A stretch of 35,532 nucleotides of DNA from IMG/VR virus record IMGVR_UViG_3300040801_002731, positions 70,972 through 106,503 of that record. One strand, 5' to 3'. The translations under genes were made by a program, and so were the position numbers. The notes below the pieces were generated by a model. It was not told where the DNA came from, did no database searches, and saw only the letters and a list, made by a program, of their open reading frames with translations. Shown here piece after piece: positions 25,368 through 34,039 of the stretch. Position 1 is the stretch's first letter; each line of letters starts with the position of its first letter. This DNA is from a virus.

Positions 25368-28300
25368 ATGCAGTTAGGCGAGATTTTAGAGAACTACCGC
25401 ACCGCCTCGACCAACGAGCGCGAGAAGGGTGAATATTTCGAGCGCTTGGTTCGCGTGTTCATCACCAATGATGACATCCAGAAGCAGTTCTACTCCGCCG
25501 TCGTCCCCTTCGCTGAATGGGCAAAGCAACAGGGCTGGAGCAATGCGGACACCGGGATCGACCTGGTGGCCACCCTTGCGGACGGGTCGGGGTATGCGGC
25601 CATCCAATGCAAGTTCTACGCCCCCAACCATGTGATCCAGAAGCCCGACATCGACAGCTTCATTTCTGCGGCCTCGAATGACCTCTTCACCCGCCTGATC
25701 ATCGCGGACACCACCCGGAAGGACTTCGGGCGCAACACCAAGGAAACCCTGGACAAGCTCTCGAAGGACTGGAACCGGATCGGTATCAATGAGCTTGAGG
25801 CCAGCCGGATCGACTGGTCGCAATTCATCCGCACCGGCAACGTCACCCTGGCCCCCAAGAAGCAGCTTCGGGATCACCAGCGGGATGCGCTGACAGCCGT
25901 CACGGAAGGTCTGGCTGAGGCAGATCGCGGCAAGCTCATCATGGCTTGCGGAACCGGCAAGACCTTCACCGCCCTGCGGGTCGCCGAGACCATAGCAGGC
26001 AAAGGCAAGCACGCGCTCTTCATGGTCCCGTCGCTGGCGCTGATGTCTCAGACCGTGCGCGAGTGGAAGAACGACTGTCAGGAAGAGTTCACGGCCTTCT
26101 CAGCCTGTTCGGACATCAAAGTCGGGCGCAACGCCGATGCCGATAGCCTTGATCTGAATGTCCATGACCTCGCCTTCCCGGCCACGACAGACCCGGAAAA
26201 ACTGGCCCGCCAGGTCAAGGATGCGCCTGCGGACAAGATGACAGTGGTCTTCTCGACCTATCATTCCATCGACGTTCTGACGCGCGCGCAAAAGAACCAC
26301 GGCCTGCCCGAGTTCGATCTGGTGATCTGCGACGAGGCGCACCGGACCACAGGCGTTACCCTGAAGGATGAGGATGACAGCAACTTCGTCCGCATCCACA
26401 ACAACGACTATGTGAAGGCTCGAAAGCGCCTCTACATGACGGCCACCCCCCGCATTTTTGGGGACGCTGCGCGCCGCAAGGCCGATGACCATGAGGCCGA
26501 GCTGGCCTCGATGGATGACGAGACCAAGTTTGGCAAAGACCTGTTCCACCGGGGATTTGGCTGGGCCGTCGAGAATGAACTGCTGACCGACTACAAGGTC
26601 GTGGTGCTCGCCGTGGATGAGGGGCTGATTTCCAGCACCATTCAGAGCCGCCTCAAGGAAGGCGCGGAACTGACCCTGGACGACGCCACCAAGATCATCG
26701 GATGTTACAAGGCCCTGACCAAGAGTGACCTCAAGGGCGATCTGACCTTCGATCCGCAGCCCATGAAGCGCGCGCTGGCCTTCTGCCATAGCATCAAGAA
26801 GTCTCTGGTGATCAAAGAGGAGTTTACCCGCGTTGTCGATGAATACACCGGCAACGACTTCTTCGGTGACGCGGCGCCTCTGCACACTGAGGTGCGCCAT
26901 ATTGACGGCAGCTTCAACTCCAGCGCCCGAGAAGAAATGCTGAACTGGCTCAAGGCCGATGCAGGCGATGATACCTGCCGCATCCTGACCAACGCCAAGG
27001 TATTGTCCGAGGGCGTGGACGTGCCGGCCCTCGACGCCATCATGTTCATGCACCCACGCAAGAGTCAGATCGACGTGGTGCAATCTGTGGGGCGCGTCAT
27101 GCGCCGTGCGGAAGGCAAGAAGCTCGGCTATGTGATCCTGCCAGTGGCTATCCCGCCCAACACAAAGCCCGAGGACGCCCTGAACGACAACGAGCGGTAT
27201 CAGGTTGTCTGGCAAATCCTGAACGCGCTCCGTGCCCATGACGAACGCCTCGACGCTCGCATCAACCAGGCCGAACTGGGCGAGGATATCAGCGACAAGA
27301 TCGAGCTGGTGCGCATCTCATCCAATACAGAGCTGAGAGAGCTGACCGCTGTGGTCGATGACTTCGCCACGAGCAAGACCAAGGCCGAGAAGACGGGCGC
27401 AGGCATTGGGCAGGAGAGCCGAGAGCGGCGGACCTATGGCGAGCCGGATGCTCAAGGGTCTTTCGTCTTCGACGAGTTCACCCGCGCCATCATGGCCAAG
27501 ATCGTCCAGAAGTGCGGAACCCGCGAATACTGGGATTCTTGGGCCAGAGACATCGCCAAGATTGCCCAGACACATATCACGCGCATCACCACCATCGTCG
27601 GCCAGCCGGGGGCTGAACGAGACGCCTTCCTCGCCTTCCTCGAAGAGCTACAGGACGACCTGAACCCCTCGATCACCGAGGCCGAGGCCATCGAGATGCT
27701 GGCGCAGCACCTCATCACGCGCCCGGTCTTTGACGCTCTGTTCAAGGGCAGCCAGTTCACCAGAGCGAACCCCGTCTCGTGTGCGATGGAGACGGTGCTT
27801 GGGCAACTCCACCAACACAATCTCGCCAAAGAGGCGGAGAGCCTCGCCAAGTTCTACGCCAGCGTCGAACGCCGCGCTGCCGATGTGGTGACAGCCCACG
27901 GGCGGCAGGAGCTGATCTACAAGCTCTATGACAGCTTCTTCAAAGGGGCCTTTCCGGTTCTGACGCAGCGGCTTGGCATCGTCTACACGCCGGTCGAGGT
28001 GGTGGATTTCATCATCCATTCGGTCAATGACGTGTTGAAGGCGCAGTTCGGCCAGACCCTCGGGGCCGAGGGTGTTCATATCCTCGACCCCTTCACCGGC
28101 ACCGGCACCTTCATCACCCGGCTACTGCAATCTGGTCTGATCGCGCGCGAAGAGCTGGCGCACAAATACCGGAAGGAAATCCACGCCAACGAGATCGTCC
28201 TGCTGGCCTATTACATCGCCGCCATCAACATCGAGACGGTCTATCACGAGCTGATGCAGGGCGCGCTGTCGGAGGACGCGCCCTATGAACCCTTCAAAGG

Positions 28301-30260
28301 CATCCTGCTGACCGACACCTTCCAGATGTATGAGCAGGAGCGCGACATGGTGGCGAACCTGCTGCCGGACAACTCCGAGCGCCGGACGCACCAGAAGGCA
28401 CTGGACATCCGCGTCATCATCGGCAACCCGCCCTATTCGGCGGGGCAGGGCAGCGCCAACGACAATGCTGCGAACCTTGCCTATCCACGACTAGATGCCG
28501 CCATCCGCGACAGCTACGTCGCGCACTCCACCGCCACTCTCAAGAATTCTCTCTATGACAGCTACATCCGGGCGATCCGATGGGCGTCGGACCGGATCGG
28601 TGATGCAGGTGTCATGGCCTATGTCACCAATGCAGGCTGGGTGGACGGTAACGCCACCGACGGCCTTCGTAAATGTCTGGCGGACGAGTTCAGCGACCTC
28701 TATGTGTTCCATCTTCGGGGCAACCAGCGCACTTCTGGCGAGTTGTCTCGCAAGGAAGGCGGCAAGATTTTTGGCTCTGGCAGCCGCGCGCCGATTGCGA
28801 TCTCTGTTTTCGTCAAGAATCCCGCGGCCACCGAGCATGGGCGCATCCATTTCCACGACATCGGCGATTATCTCGACCGGAAGCAAAAGCTGGCGATTGT
28901 GCGAGATTTCGCATCTATCGACGGCATCACCGCCGCCAAGGGTTGGCAGCGCATCGCCCCCGACGAGAACAACGACTGGCTGGACCAAGTGGATCGGAGT
29001 TTTGACAGCTTTATACCAATCGGGAACAAGTCAAATGGGGAAGAGAAATCTGTTTTCTATAATTACTACAATGGTATAAAGACGGGTCGGGACGTCTGGT
29101 GCTTCAATTCATCTGCAACCCGTGGTTTTGAAAACGCTTGTCGCATGATCGACGTCTACGAGCGTGAAAGGCAACGGTATGCCGAGAGTGATGGAAACCA
29201 AGACGTCGAAGACTTCGTTGACAGTGACCCGCGCCAAATAAGCTGGAACAGGATTGCCCGGCAGAAGCTTGCGCGTAATATCTCCCTGCGCCACCAAGAC
29301 GTGCGGGCTTTTCAAAACATATATCGGCCATTCTCGCCACAGCAAGCAAACCTGCTTCTTGAGATCAGCGATCTCGTAACACTGTTCAGGCGGGCTTTCC
29401 CGACGGGTGGTCAAGACAACCTTGTGATTGATGTGTCGGGCGTTGGTTCAAAGTCTTTCACATCGCTGATGTTCAGTCGCCCGCCAAGCTTCGATGCGGT
29501 GGAAAAAGGCCAATGCTTTCCCCTCTACCTCTACGAAGAAACCCAACCCGATGAGGGCCTCTTCGCCACAGGTGGAGATCAGGCAAGCGGCCTGACCCGA
29601 CGCGACGCCATCACCGATGCAGGTCTCGCCCATTTCCAAGCCTCCTATCCGGGGCAGGAGATCACCAAGGAAGACCTGTTCTATTACATCTACGGTCTGC
29701 TCCACTCCCCCGAATACCGCGACCGCTATGCCAACAACCTCGCCAAAGCCCTGCCACGCATCCCGGCAGTCCGCACCTATCATGACTTCGCCGCCTTCCG
29801 TGACGCAGGCCGCGCCCTGGGCGATCTGCATGTGAACTTTGAGTCCGTCGCGCCCTACATGGTGACCTTCAAGGAAGGCGATCACGCCCTCATCAACGAG
29901 GCGCAGGATGACCCCGTGAAGTTCTACCGCGTCACCAAGATGAAGTTCGGCGGCAAGGGCAAGGGGAAGGACAAGACCACCGTCATCTACAACGGCAACA
30001 TCACCATGCAGAACATTCCGCTGGAAGCCTATGACTATGTAGTCAACGGCAAACCTGCGCTGGAATGGGTGATGGAACGGCAGGTGGTGAAGCAGGACAA
30101 GGACAGCGGCATTGTGAACGACGCGAACGATTACGCCAACGAGACGGTGGGCGATCCGCGCTATCCGCTCGATCTATTCCGCCGCGTGATCACCGTGAGC
30201 CTGGAGACCATGCGGATCGTGAACAGCCTCCCAGCACTCGACATTGAAGACCCAAAGTGA
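25368..30260 (+). CDS. Type ISP restriction-modification enzyme (LlaGI/LlaBIII-like)
   Basis: Mrr-like nuclease (GIDLVA...AIQCKFY), SF2 helicase (MACGTGKT, DEAH, MTATP, QSVGRVMR), N6-adenine MTase (LDPFTGTGTF, GNPPY) and a C-terminal TRD. Confidence 0.95.
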   Translation: MQLGEILENYRTASTNEREKGEYFERLVRVFITNDDIQKQFYSAVVPFAEWAKQQGWSNADTGIDLVATLADGSGYAAIQCKFYAPNHVIQKPDIDSFISAASNDLFTRLIIADTTRKDFGRNTKETLDKLSKDWNRIGINELEASRIDWSQFIRTGNVTLAPKKQLRDHQRDALTAVTEGLAEADRGKLIMACGTGKTFTALRVAETIAGKGKHALFMVPSLALMSQTVREWKNDCQEEFTAFSACSDIKVGRNADADSLDLNVHDLAFPATTDPEKLARQVKDAPADKMTVVFSTYHSIDVLTRAQKNHGLPEFDLVICDEAHRTTGVTLKDEDDSNFVRIHNNDYVKARKRLYMTATPRIFGDAARRKADDHEAELASMDDETKFGKDLFHRGFGWAVENELLTDYKVVVLAVDEGLISSTIQSRLKEGAELTLDDATKIIGCYKALTKSDLKGDLTFDPQPMKRALAFCHSIKKSLVIKEEFTRVVDEYTGNDFFGDAAPLHTEVRHIDGSFNSSAREEMLNWLKADAGDDTCRILTNAKVLSEGVDVPALDAIMFMHPRKSQIDVVQSVGRVMRRAEGKKLGYVILPVAIPPNTKPEDALNDNERYQVVWQILNALRAHDERLDARINQAELGEDISDKIELVRISSNTELRELTAVVDDFATSKTKAEKTGAGIGQESRERRTYGEPDAQGSFVFDEFTRAIMAKIVQKCGTREYWDSWARDIAKIAQTHITRITTIVGQPGAERDAFLAFLEELQDDLNPSITEAEAIEMLAQHLITRPVFDALFKGSQFTRANPVSCAMETVLGQLHQHNLAKEAESLAKFYASVERRAADVVTAHGRQELIYKLYDSFFKGAFPVLTQRLGIVYTPVEVVDFIIHSVNDVLKAQFGQTLGAEGVHILDPFTGTGTFITRLLQSGLIAREELAHKYRKEIHANEIVLLAYYIAAINIETVYHELMQGALSEDAPYEPFKGILLTDTFQMYEQERDMVANLLPDNSERRTHQKALDIRVIIGNPPYSAGQGSANDNAANLAYPRLDAAIRDSYVAHSTATLKNSLYDSYIRAIRWASDRIGDAGVMAYVTNAGWVDGNATDGLRKCLADEFSDLYVFHLRGNQRTSGELSRKEGGKIFGSGSRAPIAISVFVKNPAATEHGRIHFHDIGDYLDRKQKLAIVRDFASIDGITAAKGWQRIAPDENNDWLDQVDRSFDSFIPIGNKSNGEEKSVFYNYYNGIKTGRDVWCFNSSATRGFENACRMIDVYERERQRYAESDGNQDVEDFVDSDPRQISWNRIARQKLARNISLRHQDVRAFQNIYRPFSPQQANLLLEISDLVTLFRRAFPTGGQDNLVIDVSGVGSKSFTSLMFSRPPSFDAVEKGQCFPLYLYEETQPDEGLFATGGDQASGLTRRDAITDAGLAHFQASYPGQEITKEDLFYYIYGLLHSPEYRDRYANNLAKALPRIPAVRTYHDFAAFRDAGRALGDLHVNFESVAPYMVTFKEGDHALINEAQDDPVKFYRVTKMKFGGKGKGKDKTTVIYNGNITMQNIPLEAYDYVVNGKPALEWVMERQVVKQDKDSGIVNDANDYANETVGDPRYPLDLFRRVITVSLETMRIVNSLPALDIEDPK

Positions 30261-30352
30261 CCAGCACCGTAGCGGGCCGGTTTGGGTCACCGTGAACGAC
30301 TGAGCCCGTGGTGCAAAACAATCGCCCACGAGGAACTACGTCTGCGGCCCTC

Positions 30353-30440
30353 GGCCCTCCAAGGATGGACCGGGGGCAGCGCGTGGCTCTCCAAGGATGG
30401 ATTGGGTGCGACGCCCGGCTCTCCAAGGACGAATTGGGGG
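30353..30440. repeat. Three direct repeats with an exact 32-bp period and CCAAGG core
   Basis: GGCYCTCCAAGGAYGRAYYGGG at 30353, 30385 and 30417. Confidence 0.85.
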
Positions 30441-30819
30441 TGTGGTGAGCGATGGCGGCATCCGGGTCGTCAAGACGCATTTTCGCTAGGACATCGTATC
30501 GTTTCGCGTTCGCACTATCGCATGACGCGCACGCTATCGCGAAGCGCGAGCGTTTCACTTGCGAGACGTGTTGTTGCGAATGCGTTTCGTCTTGCTCGTG
30601 CGCGCGTCTTGTTCGCTTTCGTAACATTGCGACCGCGACATATTCAGCGTTCGCAACAATGCGACATTGATGCAACAGCATGTGTTGCATAAACGACATA
30701 GCGTTTAAACGCTCACAGAAGCGCGCACAAGCGCGAGTCTGTTTTGCGGTATCTGGTGCCCTATCAGATTCGCTTGCGCGTCTGTGACGCGCTATAGCGT
30801 GATTTGTGGACTATCTGAC

Positions 30820-30856
30820 AAAAGGGAAAAGGCCGGACCATTGCGGCCCGGCCTTT
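30820..30856 (-). terminator. Intrinsic terminator
   Basis: AAAGGCCGGGCC-GCAAT-GGTCCGGCCTTT followed by TCCCTTTT. Confidence 0.8.
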
Positions 30857-30863
30857 GTTGCGT

Positions 30864-31514
30864 TTACACTGCGAAACGATTCGCCAGATATTCGGCGAAG
30901 TCGTTTTCATTTATAGTGTAGTATTCACGATTCATGTCGTCTTTGGCTTTTGTCCAGAAGCCAAAAGTAACCAAAGCCGACATTGCGGGGCTTCCCTGTC
31001 CGTTTGCCGTTCCCTGACTTGCGTTATTTCGCTTAAACAAGCGACACAACTTTGCATCAAGTGTCAACTTGTCAGAAACGCTTGCAAGCCCATAGTGATG
31101 ATAAAACGTGATCCCCTCTTTCTTTGCCACAAGCGCATTGTGGATAATTGCGCTTGCATGTTTGTTGATTGCGCTAACACTATCGAAAGCGCAAGCCACG
31201 CCAATATTTGCGCAATATTTCATTGCGTAAACATTATATCGCGTGCCGGCCTTGACTTGACGGTTCACAAAGTCGGCCGGAATGTTTGCAGCGATGCAAG
31301 CGCGTGCAAACGAGACTTTCGACATTTGCGCCAGATTCGCTTTCAAAGTATCCTGAATGTTTGCGTTTCCAGGATCCTTTGTCGTTTCATACTCTTTGCG
31401 CGCTTCCATTTGCTGGACAAGCGCGCTTGTCCACTCTTTCGCTTGTTCGTCAGTGATAGACTGGACGGAAGCGATGAAAGAGGGAATGTTTGCGTTGGTG
31501 GTCTTGCGTGCCAT
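30864..31514 (-). CDS. Hypothetical protein, 216 aa (cassette 1), lower GC
   Basis: AAGGA RBS, own leader and terminator; basic protein, possibly DNA-binding. Confidence 0.85.
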   Translation of the reverse strand: MARKTTNANIPSFIASVQSITDEQAKEWTSALVQQMEARKEYETTKDPGNANIQDTLKANLAQMSKVSFARACIAANIPADFVNRQVKAGTRYNVYAMKYCANIGVACAFDSVSAINKHASAIIHNALVAKKEGITFYHHYGLASVSDKLTLDAKLCRLFKRNNASQGTANGQGSPAMSALVTFGFWTKAKDDMNREYYTINENDFAEYLANRFAV

Positions 31515-31599
31515 TGTCTTGTTTCCTTGTTTGTGTGTTTGCGTTGTTTTTCCAAACGCAACAGCTTTTTCATTCTGTGCGCGTTCGGTTTTTTCACAA

Positions 31600-31641
31600 T
31601 GTCAAAGAGCGTATCGCGTTGTTTGTTTTGTCGTTCGCGAT
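31600..31641 (-). promoter_or_regulatory. boxB-like stem plus boxA-like antitermination sequence
   Basis: ATCGCG-N17-CGCGAT followed by CGCTCTTTGACA (rrn boxA consensus is TGCTCTTTAACA). Confidence 0.55.
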
Positions 31642-31669
31642 GACTCTTTTTTACTGGATTTCCCAAAAG

Positions 31670-31687
31670 TCAGTCAATCCTGATTTA
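31670..31687. promoter_or_regulatory. Operator copy overlapping a minus-strand TTGACT -35
   Basis: TCAGTCAATCCTGATTTA. Confidence 0.75.
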
Positions 31688-31893
31688 TCAAAAAAATTTT
31701 TTGCTGAAAAAACAGCATGTTAGAAAGCGCGAAAGCGCGATATCGCGCTTTCTCGAAAGAGCGAAAGAGCGAAAGCGCGACGACTCGAATCGTCGATTCG
31801 CGCACATTAGAATGATTGAATATGCAGACTCTGATTTGAGTCGTTTCGCATTGCGAACGGCTTTGACGCAAGCGCGTATAGTTAAGAATCGTT

Positions 31894-31989
31894 CTTATAT
31901 GTGTTTTTGCTTATATGCACAGTCTCTTATATGCACAGTCTCTTATATGCAGAGTTTCTTATATACGACGTTTCTTATATACGACGTTT
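31894..31989. repeat. Six tandem 16-bp repeats with CTTATAT core
   Basis: CTTATATGTGTTTTTG, CTTATATGCACAGTCT x2, CTTATATGCAGAGTTT, CTTATATACGACGTTT x2. Confidence 0.92.
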
Positions 31990-32031
31990 CTAAATTAGAT
32001 CCGTCTAATATGCGCCCGCTGCCCCACAACC

Positions 32032-32224
32032 CCATGGGATTCCGCCCATGGCCGTTCCCATGGCCGTTCCCATAGGCGCGTGCCCCTAGCCTTTCCCCTT
32101 GGAAACTGCCACGGAGCCTCACCCACGCGCAACCCCTGAGCCGTTCCCTATGGGTGTGCCGGCGCCGCTCCCATGCGCACGACCGAGGACGACGCCGAGG
32201 CGCTCCCCTTGGCACACACCAAGC
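32032..32224. repeat. Phased CCNNGG-type array
   Basis: CC at nine consecutive 12-bp steps from 32123 to 32219; CCATGG at 32032, 32046 and 32058. Confidence 0.85.
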
Positions 32225-32228
32225 GCAT

Positions 32229-32259
32229 GAGAAAGGGGAGCGCCCTCGACGCTCCCCTT
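32229..32259 (-). terminator. Terminator-like hairpin
   Basis: AAGGGGAGCG-N7-CGCTCCCCTT followed by TCTC. Confidence 0.65.
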
Positions 32260-32295
32260 CCCCGCTCTCGATCTACGTCCCGGAGCAGCGTGCGA

Positions 32296-32616
32296 TCACA
32301 GCTTGCCCGAAGCGAGCGCTTTGCGGAGCGCTTCAGCTTCCCGACGCTCCTCACGTCTGATCTGTGCGAGACGCTTCCGTTCGTGCGCCCGTTCGCGCTT
32401 CAGCTCATGGGCGCTTCGCATCATGTCGGCGGGCGCGTGATCGTAACCCAGCTTCTTCAAAGCGGGCTGGACGCGCTTCTCCGCGAAAAATTCAAGATGA
32501 GCGAAAGCGCGTTCGCGAAGGGAAGCGTCTTTCGCGTCACACGCCGCGAGCGCAAGCTCGGTCATGTCGGTGAGAAGGGAAACAGCGCGATCATAGCTCG
32601 GAGTGTTGGCAGACAT
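32296..32616 (-). CDS. Hypothetical helical protein, 106 aa (cassette 2)
   Basis: AAGGGAG RBS; start re-called to MSANTP. Confidence 0.75.
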   Translation of the reverse strand: MSANTPSYDRAVSLLTDMTELALAACDAKDASLRERAFAHLEFFAEKRVQPALKKLGYDHAPADMMRSAHELKRERAHERKRLAQIRREERREAEALRKALASGKL

Positions 32617-32699
32617 TTTGTTCTCCCTTGTCTGCGTTGCTGACAAGTAGAGTGTCGCGCTTTGCTGTTGGGTCTGCTTCCGGGAGATGAGCGGCAACT

Positions 32700-32890
32700 G
32701 AGCCGGGCGTGTCCACGGCGGATCTGTATGGAACAGCCCGGCCGAGAAGCCATGGACGGCCGGGAATGGCCTGACCCCTATGGACCGGCCTCGGCCTGAT
32801 GGACGTGGACCTGGCTATGGCGGCCTGGGATCGGAGAACCCCTTGGCCTGGCCTACATGGACCGGACCACGGGCTTGTCCTTGGGCGTTC
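32700..32890. repeat. CCNNGG/GGCC-dense spacer (looser phasing)
   Basis: CCNNGG at 32713, 32750, 32789, 32824, 32841, 32867 and 32879. Confidence 0.65.
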
Positions 32891-32898
32891 TCATGCGC

Positions 32899-32925
32899 GA
32901 GAGAGCGCGTCCGAAGACGCGCCCT
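32899..32925 (-). terminator. UUCG hairpin, terminator-like
   Basis: GCGCGTC-TTCG-GACGCGC followed by TCTCTC, just after the stop codon. Confidence 0.65.
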
Positions 32926-32931
32926 AAGCTC

Positions 32932-33300
32932 CTAGCTGAACACCTCTGCAAGCTCTCCACTCAGCTCCACTAGATACTGATACGCTTCTTGCGAAAAGCC
33001 GATGAGCGCTCCGTTCTCTCTGTCAATGCGTGTCGCTTCGAGTGCGAAATCATAGAGCGCAAAAAAACTATATCGTTTGTCAGCGAAACGACATCTCACC
33101 ATATCTGTTGAAACTCCTCTAATGATTCCTTCTTTAACGATTTTCGTTTTCACTTTGCGCGCTATATCAACTTCCAAGACAGTTTCCTCTTGCTTGTTCA
33201 TAACAAGCACAGAAAAAGTCGTTATGGACGTAGCATCGTCAATGAGCGTGCTCTCGGACTCGACGACTTGCGCGAAGAAAGCGATATCGCTGATTTTCAT
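32932..33300 (-). CDS. Hypothetical protein, 122 aa (cassette 3)
   Basis: GGAG RBS; start re-called to MKISD; contains no Pro or Trp. Confidence 0.78.
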   Translation of the reverse strand: MKISDIAFFAQVVESESTLIDDATSITTFSVLVMNKQEETVLEVDIARKVKTKIVKEGIIRGVSTDMVRCRFADKRYSFFALYDFALEATRIDRENGALIGFSQEAYQYLVELSGELAEVFS

Positions 33301-33390
33301 TGTTCGCTCCATTGCTTGTCTGTTCGCTTCATCGCGAACAAGTAAACAGTAGAGCGTTGTTTGTGGACTTCAGGTAGGAAGAAGCATGGA

Positions 33391-33520
33391 CCGAGGTGGG
33401 AAGATTTGCGGGTTTTCTCTTGGAGATTTCCTCGGTCGACGCGCCGGCGTTTTCCCTTGGCCGGCACCTTGGGCGTTCTCAGCGCAAGAAGAAAAGGCGT
33501 GCCCTTGAGCACGCCCTTGA
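33391..33520. repeat. Phased CCNNGG-type array
   Basis: TCTTGG 33418, CCTCGG 33430, CGCCGG 33442, CCTTGG 33455 and 33467, CCTTGA 33503 and 33515. Confidence 0.7.
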
Positions 33521-33616
33521 GTGTTCAAGCGGCGAAGAGGATGAAGTAGATCCCCAGAACCCCGAACATCATCAGCAGGCCGAGGAACTCTCCGGCCCAT
33601 CGGGCAATTTCTCGGA

Positions 33617-33817
33617 TCATGACAGGCACTCCCCGCGGCAGGCGTTGAGGTCTCGGTCGAGGTCTCGGAGCAGGACGCTGCGGGGATCGTCTCGGCCGAT
33701 CTGCGGGAACGTCTCGACGCCCGAGGCGTCGATCACGGAGTAGACGAGACGGGTGAGGTGCCGGGAGAGGCGATAGATGCGGCCCGATGGGGAGAAGTAT
33801 TCTCGCACGACAGTCAT
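33617..33817 (-). CDS. Hypothetical protein, 66 aa (cassette 4)
   Basis: Leader TGTCAGCAACG...AAAGGGAAC is shared with cassette 2; start re-called to MTVVREY. Confidence 0.6.
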   Translation of the reverse strand: MTVVREYFSPSGRIYRLSRHLTRLVYSVIDASGVETFPQIGRDDPRSVLLRDLDRDLNACRGECLS

Positions 33818-33901
33818 GAGCGTGTTCCCTTTGCTCGTTGCTGACATGCTCATGCTCGCGTTTTCAGATTGGGGTCTCGGCTGGGTTGTTCTGCGGTTGT
33901 T

Positions 33902-34003
33902 GGTCGGCCGGTGCCTTGGGGCGCTCTATGGGCCGGGCCAGGGAAGTCTTCTCGGCCGGCACTCTGGGCATATCCTCGGACAGCCCCTTGGGGCATGTCA
34001 TGC
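33902..34003. repeat. Phased CCNNGG-type array
   Basis: Eight consecutive 12-bp registers (33902-33986) have GG at hexamer positions 5-6; four are full CCNNGG. Confidence 0.8.
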
Positions 34004-34005
34004 GT

Positions 34006-34032
34006 GAGAGTGCAGCGGGCTGCTGCACTCTC
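34006..34032 (-). terminator. Hairpin after the cassette 5 stop
   Basis: Perfect 11-bp stem GAGAGTGCAGC-N5-GCTGCACTCTC; no clear U tract. Confidence 0.5.
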
Positions 34033-34039
34033 TGCGGGG

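Noticed and set aside
30353-31989. CRISPR array interpretation of the 32-bp and 16-bp repeats
   Set aside because: Variable parts are only ~9-10 bp, repeats are degenerate, and no cas genes are present.
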